A program made the translations under genes and the position numbers. From a virus, in the IMG/VR virus record IMGVR_UViG_3300034093_001036, positions 1-64,000 of that record: DNA of 64,000 nt. One strand, 5' to 3'. This document shows positions 31,601 through 41,039 of the stretch, one piece after another (the stretch's first letter is position 1; each line of letters starts with the position of its first letter). The notes beneath the pieces are model-generated. The model did no database searches. It saw only the letters and a program-made list of their open reading frames with translations, and was not told the DNA's origin.

Positions 31601-34600
31601 ATTTGCAAAAGACTTCTGAATACTGCTGGAGGAATATCTCCACTTGCCATCTTTGCTTGAATTAAAAACTCTTGTCCACTATCGATAAGACCATCTTTTC
31701 TTAGATTTTTTGATTGCTGATTTACAGTATCTATATATGCTAACTGGTTAGGATCATTTTTGTATTTTGCAGTTGTGGCTTTTTTCATTCCAGACATCAT
31801 TGCTTCTTGAAGTCCACCAGCACTATTGTATTGAGATACTATGTCTCCTTGCATTTTTGCTTGGGCTGCAGTTAGTTGATCTCTTTTTCCAACTTTGCCT
31901 TTTTCTTTATCTCCTAAATACTCTTTCTCTAGTTCTAACGCCTCATTAATTTTACCCTGCAGCCTTAACTCTTCAATTTTTTTCTGATAATACATATCAA
32001 GAGAGTCAAGCATTTGTTTATTTTGTTCCATTGCAATTTTAGCATCTACCGCATAGGTTGCTCCAAGAACTGCTGCCTCTTTTGCATATTTCTTTGAGGC
32101 AAAGTATCCACCAATTGCTCCTACTGCTGTTCCAATTCCAGCACCTATAATTGCTCCTGCTAGAGTTCCTGCAGGTCCTAGTGCTGTTCCAATTCCAGCA
32201 CCTGCTGCTGCTCCACCAAGAGCCGAAGCGCCTATGCCTAGTCCTTGTGTTACTTTTTGTCCAGCAAGTTGTTGTAAAACACCAGCATTTTTTACATTAT
32301 CAGCACTAGTTTTCATATTCTTTGCATTTGCATTTACCATATTTATTCTAACATTTAATGGATCGTTAACAAGGTTTTCTCCGTTTGGTCCAAGCAAACT
32401 TTCTAATTGAGCAATAACCTTTATACCAATAGACATATCTCCTGCTTGTCTAGCAGCATTCATAGCCAAACTTTTTGCCTGTGACATATCCATAGCACCA
32501 GACATAATTGCTGCAGAAAGTTGGCCACCTAAATCTTTCACTGCAACATTTCCTTTACCGTCAGCGTTCTGTTTTGAAATTCTTGCAGTCAAAGCCTTTC
32601 CTTCTGCTGTTTGAGCATATGCTTCTCCATAAGTAGTCTTACCAGTTGCTGCGCCAAGCATTGCAAAAGAATTTTTTCTTCTTAGGTCCATCTGTTCTGA
32701 GGCTGTTGTCTTACCACCAAATTTTGCTATAGTCTGTAATGCAGATGTAGATCCTTTAAACTTTTCACCCTCTTCTAAAACCTGATCTGCTGCTTTATCA
32801 AATGACATTCTCAAGGCAGCAAATGATCCAACTGTTGCAAGAAGTCCTACTGCTAAGGCTGAAGCAGGACTTTTTAACATTGGAATTATCATAGACAATC
32901 CCATAAGTGGCATCATTAATTTTTGTGAGATTTCTCCAACTTTACCTGGTACCATAGAACCAATCATTGCTGCACCTGCTGCCATTCCGACACCGCCAGC
33001 AATTCCCATACCACCCTTACCTGCTACTTTTGCATTTTGTCTATTATTTTTAAGTCTTTGCAATTTAGTGGTTTCAAATTTACCATTTGCCATTGAAGGT
33101 CCCATTGGCGTTCCAGAAACTGAAGGTGCTGGTGTAAACTGTGCTGCTGCTCTTTCACTAATAATTCTTTTTTGATATGCTACAGAGTTTGCTAACTTAG
33201 TTCTTCTTTCCATTTGTCTACGCATAGACTTGGCATCTGCATCCATTGGCCCCATGCCGTATAGTTTAGTTCTTGATGCTGCCGTCTTTGCTTGTGTTTT
33301 TGCTTCTGCCCTTTGGCGCTTTTCCATTTGTCTACGTAAAGATTTAGCATCTGCATCTATTGATCCCGTTCCATACAAAGCAGTCCTTGATGATGCTGCT
33401 GCGGATTGAGATATTGTTTTTCCAATAGTGGCACCAGCAGCCTTGGCTTTTGCAACAGATCCTTTTACTCCCGCAAGAATTGCGTTTACAGTTGCATTCT
33501 TTGATCCTGGGGCATTTGCTTTTCCAACAATTCTTCCCTTGGGGCCTTGACGAACCGATGAAGCAACACTCGCTGGAGCAAGTCTTGTATCCTTTATGCT
33601 GCCAGAGTCTGATTTTAACTTTCCGTTATTTGGCTTTGTTGGTATTGGCTTTAGGTTACCCTTTTTGTCTTCAAGTACTTCATCTGGCTTTACCAAAATT
33701 GAACGATGGAAGTTATAAACCTTTTTCCAGTCTGCGTTTAAACCAGCCTGAAGTCTCTTATACATATCTTCATAAACTTTTTTGGCTGGATCTCCAGCAT
33801 CAAGTTTAAAACCATCTATAGTTTTTCTTAATTTTGGAAGAGTTCTATTAATCTCATCTTTTATTTTTCTTTCATATTCATCTGCAGACTGAATATTTTG
33901 TGGAATATCAGCAGTGGCATTTCCAAACCAGAAAGGAGAGTTGTTGGCATTTGGACCTGAAACACCTTTAAGATTGTGCATAGCAATTGCTTCCATAGAT
34001 GGAAGTCCTGCTGAATAAGATCTTGTTCCAGAGGCTTTATCAAATACTCCTGCTGCTCCAACATCAGTTACAACATTGCCTCCAAGGTTGCCTTTCTTAA
34101 GATCTTTGTCTCCACGAAGGCTTGATGCTACTAATTGCTTAATATATTCTTTTTCAGTAAAAGTTTTTGGCATTGTGTTTGGATCAAATCTTGAATCATA
34201 TGGAGATTCCAAAACAATAATCTTTCTTTTTTTCTTAACATCTGGTTCATCAATATCTGTAGGATCAATCATTGTTTTGATTGTTTGTCTTGGTGCTAGT
34301 AAGCCCTGTGCTCTAGCAATCTCAGTTCCTCTTTTTTCTGCTATAGCGTCTAACTCACTTAGCATTGGTTTTACAAATACTTTTGACCCATCTGGTTTTG
34401 TAAATACTCCGCCAATGGTTGACATAAAATTACTTCTACCAGAACTCTGTGTTTCTTGAACACCAAAGTTTGTAGGCTTCTTTGCTCCAAAGGCAGTTTG
34501 AGATGCCTCTATTGCAACTGCTCTTAGTTTTTCTTTGTGCTCCATTGCTTTTTCAAGATCAAGCAATTGTGGGGCTGATGGCGGTGCTGCAACCTTTGCT

Positions 34601-37533
34601 TTCTTTGCTGCCTTTGTGCCTTGAGAAATTACAGGGGTTGTTCCTGCTCCAAGTCTGTTCATATTAACTACGGTTCCTTCTGGAACTTGAACTCCATGGT
34701 ATGTGCCTGCTGGAAGAGTTATAGTTGATGATCCAGTTACTACTCTTTTTTTACTATTAACTCTTTCATCAATGCTGTAGTCTAAGATTAAACCTTGTCT
34801 TTTTGCCTCATCAAGAATTTTTCTACTTTCATCAGGTGTAGTTCCTAATCCCTTACCCATATTAAATCTATAGTCTGTTGCATACAGTCCTTGAGATTTT
34901 ACATAGCCTGGGTCGTTTGGACTTATTATTTTTGGAATTTCTTTCTTATATAAATTGTCAACTATTGAATCATTTATAAATGGGCTTTTAGATTCTTGAA
35001 TTGACTTTAAGAATGCATTATCTAGCGCTTGTGCCTGTACTGCAGACATTCCAGATGGAGACCATTTGCCTGCTCCACCCTTAATCCATTCATCTATAAA
35101 CTGTTGCTTAGGTACTCCACCAGTTAGGCTAGGCATTGCTTTATTCATCCACTCAGGGAAGTTGAACATAAGACTGTGCTTTGTTGTTGTTACTGGTGGC
35201 AAACCTTGTGATATTAGAACCTGTTCCATAGTTATAAGTTTTAACTTTTGATCGGGAGACATATTAGGATTGCTCTTAATAATGTCTGATATTAGTCTTG
35301 GCTCGCTGCGTCCGCCTACGTGTGTTTCATTAATTGCAACTGATTTAGCATCTGTTGTTGCTGCTACTTCAGGAGCAAATGCTAATCCTTGAACTCTTCC
35401 GCCTGCAACCATGTGTGCAATGGCTGGTCTATTTGCTGGATCCTGTGCTGATTGTTGAGGGATTACTGCTTCACCAGGAGTTAGGTCTGCGTTTACGCTA
35501 TCTTTATTTCCAGTTCCTGGAACGCTTGTTGTTCCTTTACCATATTTTTTAGGTGTAGGCAAGCGCTTTCCAGCACTGGGACCCGTAAATCCTATTTGTG
35601 CTGCAATGGCTCTTCTGTATGCATTTGCCAACATGTTAACTGCTGCTGTTTCAGAAGTAAAGGTTTGTCTTAATCTTTGATGAACTTGATCAAGTGATGC
35701 TGCAACTGCTGATGCCTCTAACTGTTCTTTAGTTAAATAGTTTGTCTGCTCTCCTAATATTTGACTTGATTGACCCGTTCTGTTGTACATAGATTTTAAT
35801 CCTGCAAACATTTTAATTATATTAGCAACAGCGTTTGCAATCAAACCAAATCCCATTAAAAGAACTGGTCCAACACCAGCAAGAGCAACTGTAAGAATAG
35901 TTAAGAATTTTTTAGTACCATCTCCTAAGTTATTAAACTTGTCAAGAATTTTCCCAACAAACTCAACAATAGGGGTTAATGCTTTTAAGAATTGTTCTCC
36001 TACTGGAGCAATAGCCAATTTTAAATCTTCCATTGATTTTTTAAATTTGTATGTTGTTGTATTCTGAATTTTATCCAATTCTCGTTGTGACAAGATTGCA
36101 AGTTCTTCTGTAGTTGCTTTTGTTAATGATAAGACTCTCTGTGCTTGTGTACCCTGGGTTGTTACGTTTTGAAACAGTGTGGAAAGTCTTGAAAACTGGA
36201 ACTTACCAAATAGTTGTTCAATAGCACGAGCACGGTTAAGTGGGTCAAGAGTATCAAGTGCTTGTGCGAACCCAACAACAGTTGCTTTAATGTCTCCTTG
36301 GTTGGCTTCAACAATTCCTTTAATATTTACGCCAAGTTCTCCAAGAAACTTGCTTGCCTTTGTTGATGGATTAATTAATGATGCAAGACCAGACTTAAGT
36401 GCGTTAGCGCCTTCGGATGCATTGATTCCACCTTCTTTCATTGCTGTAAGGAAAAATGCTAAGTCTTCAACGTTTCCACCAAGTTGCTTAACAACTGGTC
36501 CAGCCTTTGGAATTGCTATTGTTAAATCTTCAATAGATACTACAGTTTGGTTTTCAACTGCGTTAAGGAAATCAATTTTGTTTGCAAGATCTTCTGCTGC
36601 AACGCCAAAAGCGTTAGTTACAGAAATTGTTGTCTCTAATGCCTGCGTTTGTTCTACTCCGCCAAGAACTGCAAGCCTTGTTGCCTGTACAACTTGTGCA
36701 ACTAATTCTGCACCCATCTTGCCCATTGCTGCAGCATCTGCAGCCATTTTCATTGTGTCTTCTATTGCAACGCCATACTTAGTATATTCTGTTGCAAGTT
36801 TTTGAATTTGCTTAACCATTGCATCAGTTTCTGCTTGTGTTGTAAACATTTCTCCATACACACGCTTAAATCTAATTGCCTGCTCTTCAAGTTTCATGAA
36901 TGTTTTTGAAGCAACTGTACCAAGCATTGCAAGTGGAACAGTAAAACCAACCATTAACTGACGTCCTGCCCACTGAGTATTCTTACCAAAGTTTAGGAGA
37001 TTGGTTGATCCTTGTCTTAATAATTGATTAAGTAGTTGTTGTCTCTGTGCAGCAATGGCTGTTTGTGTGCCCAGATTTTTCATATCAAGCGTTAGAGGTC
37101 TTACCGCAATTGCTTGTAGTGCTCCATTGGCACCTCTGCCCATTTTTACATACTGGGTCTGTATATCTTTTACACGCTCTCGTGCAACTTTATTTAATGT
37201 TTCAAATTCAGATCTAAACAGTCTTCCAAAAGTTTTTGTTGCTGCTCCAGTATATCTAAAATATTCTCTAGATGTTAACTTGTTTCTTTCTAAAGCATTA
37301 GTAAAAGACTCTGTACTTGATGTTACTGTTCGCATAGATGCTTGGAATTTTCCAGTAGCATTTATGCTGTTCATCAAGTTCTGTGCTTGATTTGCTGCTA
37401 CCGCTGAGGCTGCGGTACCAGACTTTGCCATTTGTGTATGGAAGGCTGATATTTGACGTTGTAGAAGTTTTAGACTTGCTAAAGCATCAGACGTATCAAT
37501 ATTTACATGAATATTGGATTCTACATCAGCCAT
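28666..37533 (-). CDS. Tape measure protein, 2955 aa, with internal cargo domains
   Basis: TP901-type core (...EGANALKS...IEQLFGK), hydrophobic G/A segments, coiled coils, C-terminal GTDTVPAMLTPGEF. Follows the tail chaperones. Confidence 0.93.
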   Translation of the reverse strand: MADVESNIHVNIDTSDALASLKLLQRQISAFHTQMAKSGTAASAVAANQAQNLMNSINATGKFQASMRTVTSSTESFTNALERNKLTSREYFRYTGAATKTFGRLFRSEFETLNKVARERVKDIQTQYVKMGRGANGALQAIAVRPLTLDMKNLGTQTAIAAQRQQLLNQLLRQGSTNLLNFGKNTQWAGRQLMVGFTVPLAMLGTVASKTFMKLEEQAIRFKRVYGEMFTTQAETDAMVKQIQKLATEYTKYGVAIEDTMKMAADAAAMGKMGAELVAQVVQATRLAVLGGVEQTQALETTISVTNAFGVAAEDLANKIDFLNAVENQTVVSIEDLTIAIPKAGPVVKQLGGNVEDLAFFLTAMKEGGINASEGANALKSGLASLINPSTKASKFLGELGVNIKGIVEANQGDIKATVVGFAQALDTLDPLNRARAIEQLFGKFQFSRLSTLFQNVTTQGTQAQRVLSLTKATTEELAILSQRELDKIQNTTTYKFKKSMEDLKLAIAPVGEQFLKALTPIVEFVGKILDKFNNLGDGTKKFLTILTVALAGVGPVLLMGFGLIANAVANIIKMFAGLKSMYNRTGQSSQILGEQTNYLTKEQLEASAVAASLDQVHQRLRQTFTSETAAVNMLANAYRRAIAAQIGFTGPSAGKRLPTPKKYGKGTTSVPGTGNKDSVNADLTPGEAVIPQQSAQDPANRPAIAHMVAGGRVQGLAFAPEVAATTDAKSVAINETHVGGRSEPRLISDIIKSNPNMSPDQKLKLITMEQVLISQGLPPVTTTKHSLMFNFPEWMNKAMPSLTGGVPKQQFIDEWIKGGAGKWSPSGMSAVQAQALDNAFLKSIQESKSPFINDSIVDNLYKKEIPKIISPNDPGYVKSQGLYATDYRFNMGKGLGTTPDESRKILDEAKRQGLILDYSIDERVNSKKRVVTGSSTITLPAGTYHGVQVPEGTVVNMNRLGAGTTPVISQGTKAAKKAKVAAPPSAPQLLDLEKAMEHKEKLRAVAIEASQTAFGAKKPTNFGVQETQSSGRSNFMSTIGGVFTKPDGSKVFVKPMLSELDAIAEKRGTEIARAQGLLAPRQTIKTMIDPTDIDEPDVKKKRKIIVLESPYDSRFDPNTMPKTFTEKEYIKQLVASSLRGDKDLKKGNLGGNVVTDVGAAGVFDKASGTRSYSAGLPSMEAIAMHNLKGVSGPNANNSPFWFGNATADIPQNIQSADEYERKIKDEINRTLPKLRKTIDGFKLDAGDPAKKVYEDMYKRLQAGLNADWKKVYNFHRSILVKPDEVLEDKKGNLKPIPTKPNNGKLKSDSGSIKDTRLAPASVASSVRQGPKGRIVGKANAPGSKNATVNAILAGVKGSVAKAKAAGATIGKTISQSAAASSRTALYGTGSIDADAKSLRRQMEKRQRAEAKTQAKTAASRTKLYGMGPMDADAKSMRRQMERRTKLANSVAYQKRIISERAAAQFTPAPSVSGTPMGPSMANGKFETTKLQRLKNNRQNAKVAGKGGMGIAGGVGMAAGAAMIGSMVPGKVGEISQKLMMPLMGLSMIIPMLKSPASALAVGLLATVGSFAALRMSFDKAADQVLEEGEKFKGSTSALQTIAKFGGKTTASEQMDLRRKNSFAMLGAATGKTTYGEAYAQTAEGKALTARISKQNADGKGNVAVKDLGGQLSAAIMSGAMDMSQAKSLAMNAARQAGDMSIGIKVIAQLESLLGPNGENLVNDPLNVRINMVNANAKNMKTSADNVKNAGVLQQLAGQKVTQGLGIGASALGGAAAGAGIGTALGPAGTLAGAIIGAGIGTAVGAIGGYFASKKYAKEAAVLGATYAVDAKIAMEQNKQMLDSLDMYYQKKIEELRLQGKINEALELEKEYLGDKEKGKVGKRDQLTAAQAKMQGDIVSQYNSAGGLQEAMMSGMKKATTAKYKNDPNQLAYIDTVNQQSKNLRKDGLIDSGQEFLIQAKMASGDIPPAVFRSLLQMATDNKDMAPVMMKIITKFSGATSESIGVAAQNILDAKGTINKTVQTKFITRVEAFEKDSDALDFTKNIIKLNSLNTVIPSDVMVSYYTDKSKESQEAYASLNKMLDAIEGSKDLTAKIVYEIMPEVKGTAAFDEAYFNTLTEDQQKVYTTTISTLVNIPEPKIEASEDYKAWLKEPAPRGGQGVTGSLSYKIQKYTEAQGYKAVTDNLSVGVKAPVGGNTPADGNKVQSSPLDDLVKKLRDVRMNQIKVTEGWGASRKALDKLFGGNKTIDVFSGIENDLRGLGTSQDFIELIVGMDPKVYEQKKNSLFKFDNKKNIVGLKEDAKNIQEALNSITMGDWKSSMEADFKAIENQSTAFNKLANLGVPVAEAYQLISDKTLAAAIANGVNDKSLRTLISNYKLLTAAQEKSAAIQGVKTDIAQFKKNTIQEARLRSKYGAEDAFAISSDENLQSMESQIASQQSRLNKLIANGAPTAIIVKAQGELNDLIDDFTERLNQLKSTVEFMQGLFDKGFSNAMQAFDVQETALNIQFKIDTKSQNAVIKEAQNAIAAIQYEIDDKEAALKGIEEQEQKINDKYDERIKALDEVEKLNSSISNQQKGQLTLAEALTSGDISAAAKAVQDMRAQAAADAVTKQKDAVEKSREYELSRVKTQGGKTRLELEKEIKDLQDKIFKIEEEKLEPAQEFIRLRQIILDKDIEGLTVLGKTKDAWEAIKNQVDLALIKSAAFVDSMKLALETQAKLIAAYQAQPGNTSSNSGTTATQGPGPFVPDPKASTEGNKKAEDINKAALEKAADYAPAIAAAAFHPSANAAMENGIIGALSIASQIKAAAIAAAEAISVQNQASNLSRFKAKEAADLAAEQAAINAKGRVGRMNGGIIPKMFSLGGFAKGTDTVPAMLTPGEFIMSKYAVDTYGVDTMRKINNGESVGGAVYNNTYTLTVNAKTNANPNEIAQAVMSTIKQVDDRRIRGVSLNARN

Positions 37534-37551
37534 CCATTAACACCTCTTTAT

Positions 37552-37875
37552 TTAGTTATTTGCAAGGTTGCCAAGTAGTGATGCGTCAGAAAGTTTAATT
37601 CCTGATGCCTCTTCGACAATCTTGTATACTGTTGGAAGATCTAGATTTTCTTCTAGGGCTTCCTTGTCTTCTGCCAATTCTGGCTTGTATTGTTTCATTG
37701 CGATTTGAACACAGTCCATTAACAAATCCATAGACTTTTCGTTATCTTCTGCGACCTTTGCAATGTCTTCAAACTTCTTCATAAACGGACGAAGTAGAGA
37801 AATCTTAAGTGGTCTTACCTTGATCTTTGTTCCATCGATCAGAGTTACTGTCTTTTCTTCAGTGGCGATTGCCAT
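37552..37875 (-). CDS. Tail assembly chaperone, short gpG-like form
   Basis: Between major tail and TMP. Own TGGTATAAT and AAGGAGG. Paralog of the N-terminal half of 37931..38611. Confidence 0.75.
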   Translation of the reverse strand: MAIATEEKTVTLIDGTKIKVRPLKISLLRPFMKKFEDIAKVAEDNEKSMDLLMDCVQIAMKQYKPELAEDKEALEENLDLPTVYKIVEEASGIKLSDASLLGNLANN

Positions 37876-37930
37876 TTATTCCTCCTTATAAGGTTTAGTT
37901 AATTATACCATAGCGCAGGCTTATTTCTGG

Positions 37931-38611
37931 CTATTCGGAAACCTCATAATCAATACCCATGCCAATGCCAAACCCTGCTCTTTCAGCATTTACTCCTTGT
38001 AGGGCCAGAATATCATTTCCATTTCCTGTTGCACCCTTGCTAAATACTCTAGCCTTCATGTCTTCCCATTCATTACCGCTACCAGAATTTTTATCTAAAT
38101 CTACACCTTGCATTGCTGCAGCAAACTTTTTATCACTGTAGTCTAATTCTCTTTTTATCTTTAGTGTGGCTGTTAGTTCTTGCATAGACATTGATGATTC
38201 TAACTGATCATAGTCTTTCCATATACCGATCAAAAAAACCTCTGACTCTAGTTTTGCCAAGTCTAAGGTTTCCCATGTTGATCCACTGTCAACTGCCTGA
38301 TTTTTAACAGTGTCTTCTGACTTCTCATTAATTTTGATTCCCGCTGCAACATCAATAACATCATAGATAGTTGGTAAGTCTAGGCTGTCTTCTAAATCTT
38401 CAATAGTTTTAATTGATGGGCAATATTGTTGCATTGCAATAAGAGCGCATTGAGCCAAAATAGATATTGATTCATCATCACTTTTTGCTTCTTTAATTTT
38501 TTCAAAGGTTTCTAAAAATTCTCTTAAGTATTTTATTTTTAATGGGGCAGCAATAATAACTCTATCATCTACTAGTGATATTTTTTTTGTTTCATATATT
38601 TTTGTTGCCAT
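37931..38611 (-). CDS. Tail assembly chaperone, long gpGT-like fusion
   Basis: Start reassigned to MATKIY, 6 nt after TGGTATACT. G-like N-domain plus a ~125-aa extension. Confidence 0.7.
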   Translation of the reverse strand: MATKIYETKKISLVDDRVIIAAPLKIKYLREFLETFEKIKEAKSDDESISILAQCALIAMQQYCPSIKTIEDLEDSLDLPTIYDVIDVAAGIKINEKSEDTVKNQAVDSGSTWETLDLAKLESEVFLIGIWKDYDQLESSMSMQELTATLKIKRELDYSDKKFAAAMQGVDLDKNSGSGNEWEDMKARVFSKGATGNGNDILALQGVNAERAGFGIGMGIDYEVSE

Positions 38612-38625
38612 TATATAAGTATACC

Positions 38626-38660
38626 AAACAGAAAGGCCCAACCCCGAAGGATTGAGCCTC
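38626..38660 (-). terminator. Rho-independent terminator with UUCG loop
   Basis: AGGCTCAATCC-TTCG-GGGTTGGGCCT followed by TTCTGTTT, after the major tail gene. Confidence 0.85.
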
Positions 38661-38677
38661 TCATATATTAAGTTGTA

Positions 38678-39337
38678 TTATACTGCTGTTGCTAGTGTGC
38701 GGTCTACGATCTTACCGTATGACGCATTGTCGTTTGGAAGAAGACGGAATGAAACTTCAAACATTGAAGCCTCGTCACGCTTTGCAGATACTGTCACATT
38801 CTCAATTGATAGTGCACGGTATGCTACATAGATTCTTTCCTTGTTGATCGCTGCTGAACCAGATCCTGGTCCTACTGCTACAATACCACGCTCTAGTGGA
38901 ACGTCACCAATATCTCCTGCTGACATTCTTAGTGTCGATAGGTTGGATGCTGTTGCGATTTCCTCATTTGATGCAATTGCTACTAGAAGATTTTCTAGTG
39001 TTGCTTCTGCAAAAGATGTATTTAGATTAACTGTCATACCCTGCTTGAATAAACGAGCAACGTCGAGAAGTTGATCTACTGCTACATCACCAAAGTCTGG
39101 CTGGAATGCGAGTTCCAAACCATTTGATGTGTATCCTATATTTGTGTAATCTTCGTCAAGTGACAAAGTTTCCTTATAGGATGTTGTGGATGCTGTAAGT
39201 GCTGGAAGATCAGTGCTTGCTTGTGTATCAGTGATCGCTCCTGTTGCGTCTACATATCCGATTGGGCCTGAATCATGCGTAAATAGTGCTGCTGCACCTA
39301 CGATGATGTTACTACTTGAACCACGGCTGTATGCCAT
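38678..39337 (-). CDS. Major tail protein
   Basis: NIIVGAAALF, IGYTSNGLEL, FAEATLENL. Strong RBS and position before the chaperones. Confidence 0.85.
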   Translation of the reverse strand: MAYSRGSSSNIIVGAAALFTHDSGPIGYVDATGAITDTQASTDLPALTASTTSYKETLSLDEDYTNIGYTSNGLELAFQPDFGDVAVDQLLDVARLFKQGMTVNLNTSFAEATLENLLVAIASNEEIATASNLSTLRMSAGDIGDVPLERGIVAVGPGSGSAAINKERIYVAYRALSIENVTVSAKRDEASMFEVSFRLLPNDNASYGKIVDRTLATAV

Positions 39338-39409
39338 ATTTTCACCTCTTTCATTTTATTGGAAGGGGGTTGTTTCCTCATGCTAATTATACTACCTCTT
39401 TATTATAAA

Positions 39410-39919
39410 TTAATTAGCATGCCAATCATAGTCTATGATGATTTTATTCCCCGCATAGGTACGGGCTGTTCCAAAGTCAACTATATCTCTGGTTTCTTCT
39501 AGTTGGTAGATCTTAAAGTTATGGAAGAACATTGGCTTGGATTCTAGGTTCCAGGATGTAGGATTTTCTGCTGCCCATTCATTTAAATCTTTTGCTGAGT
39601 CATCTCCATTATCCAGAAGGTCACTTACCTGCTGCTGGGTTATGACCATATTCTTTTGTGCGTCATCACCTACTGAATAAAAATAGTATAGAAGTTGCTC
39701 ACATTTAATGTATGGGAATGGGGTTCTTCTCATCTTAAACATTCTGTCGTATACCCCAAATACCCCATTGCTTTGTGGAAATGTTTCAGTTAGTGCATCA
39801 ATTTCTGTTGGAAGAGTTGGGAAAAAATATGTTGTTCCTTGACCACTAAACCCAGGATTTATTTTTTCTGCTAGATAGGCGTTAATAATTGTAGGTGGAT
39901 GATGAATTAATGCAGACAT
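39410..39919 (-). CDS. Probable tail terminator or neck protein
   Basis: Position and size upstream of the major tail gene. Confidence 0.5.
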   Translation of the reverse strand: MSALIHHPPTIINAYLAEKINPGFSGQGTTYFFPTLPTEIDALTETFPQSNGVFGVYDRMFKMRRTPFPYIKCEQLLYYFYSVGDDAQKNMVITQQQVSDLLDNGDDSAKDLNEWAAENPTSWNLESKPMFFHNFKIYQLEETRDIVDFGTARTYAGNKIIIDYDWHAN

Positions 39920-40593
39920 TATACACCCACTCCTGCGTTAGCAATCCAGCGATATCCAGTTGATAGGCCTTTAGACTTGCCAATTCTTTTTCCTGCTGGC
40001 ATATCTTTTTTATATACTTTTGGATTTTCAAGATACCTTGCAACTCCACTTGTTCTTAAAAACGCTTGTGAGAAATACTTATTAAAAAACATGTCAAAGA
40101 CTTTTTCGAAACCGCCTTCTACTTCTGTTCCTCCAGGGTTTAAAATTTCAACAGGACCTCTTGTAAACACTGTTTCTCCGTTATCATCAAACGCTAATAC
40201 CTGTGCGACTCTTGGTCTAATTGTAACTGGAATTCCTTCTTCCATGATTCTTGCTTTATCGTAGAACGGTGTACGTGATCCATCTTTAATAGATTTAGAC
40301 TGACTAAAAGATGATCTAAAAGATAGTCCTAGATTGCTTGTTGTGTATGAAATATCGTATAGTCTTGCTTCTGGGCTTCCAGTCATAGTCCATTCGTAAA
40401 CATGATGAAGCATTTGTGGATTAACTTTTGCGTTTGAGTCTATAAACTCTTTCATTATTTCTACTGTTTCCATTCCTAGAGTTTTTAGGAATACAGTCTT
40501 TCCTCTTTGGATACCCTCTAAAAATCCTACAGAATAATTAACAATATTGTTCATATCTTTTTTAAATTGTTTTGAATTAAATGTTGTTATCAT
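39919..40593 (-). CDS. Probable neck or tail completion protein
   Basis: Position in the head-tail module, KARIMEEG motif. Confidence 0.5.
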   Translation of the reverse strand: MITTFNSKQFKKDMNNIVNYSVGFLEGIQRGKTVFLKTLGMETVEIMKEFIDSNAKVNPQMLHHVYEWTMTGSPEARLYDISYTTSNLGLSFRSSFSQSKSIKDGSRTPFYDKARIMEEGIPVTIRPRVAQVLAFDDNGETVFTRGPVEILNPGGTEVEGGFEKVFDMFFNKYFSQAFLRTSGVARYLENPKVYKKDMPAGKRIGKSKGLSTGYRWIANAGVGV

Positions 40594-41039
40594 ACATCAC
40601 CTGATTGATTTTCTGATCTTCTTATTACTACTTTATAAGATTCAATATTTCCAAATGGCCCTGTAAATGGTTCATAGGTTGCTAGTTCAAAAAGTGTTCC
40701 TTTGCCAGACCTAGGTCCTGATGTTTCCATATATATTAAGTTTCCTTCTTGGTCTTTAATATCTGTAATCAATATGTTTGTTAATGCGTTTTTGCTATCT
40801 AGCAAAGAAATTCTTATGTCAGATTTTACTCTTCCAACCAATATCGAGTTTTGTGTTATGTTTACATTTGGCTTTACTTCTTCTTTAAATGCTGAACCTC
40901 CAGAAGAAAAACTGCAAGCAAAGACTCTATCAAGAACCCATTGCTTTTTTATTGCTCCAAAATCACCCTGCTTAATTATTGGATGATAAACAGATGCTTG
41001 CATTGGAAACATAAAGTCTGGGGTTTCGCAAACTGTCAT
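40590..41039 (-). CDS. Probable head-to-tail stopper
   Basis: Position, size, beta-rich composition. Confidence 0.5.
   Translation of the reverse strand: MTVCETPDFMFPMQASVYHPIIKQGDFGAIKKQWVLDRVFACSFSSGGSAFKEEVKPNVNITQNSILVGRVKSDIRISLLDSKNALTNILITDIKDQEGNLIYMETSGPRSGKGTLFELATYEPFTGPFGNIESYKVVIRRSENQSGDV

Noticed and set aside
37540-37600. Programmed -1 frameshift at the end of the short tail chaperone
   Set aside because: No slippery heptamer is visible, and the TMP begins about 20 nt after the stop.
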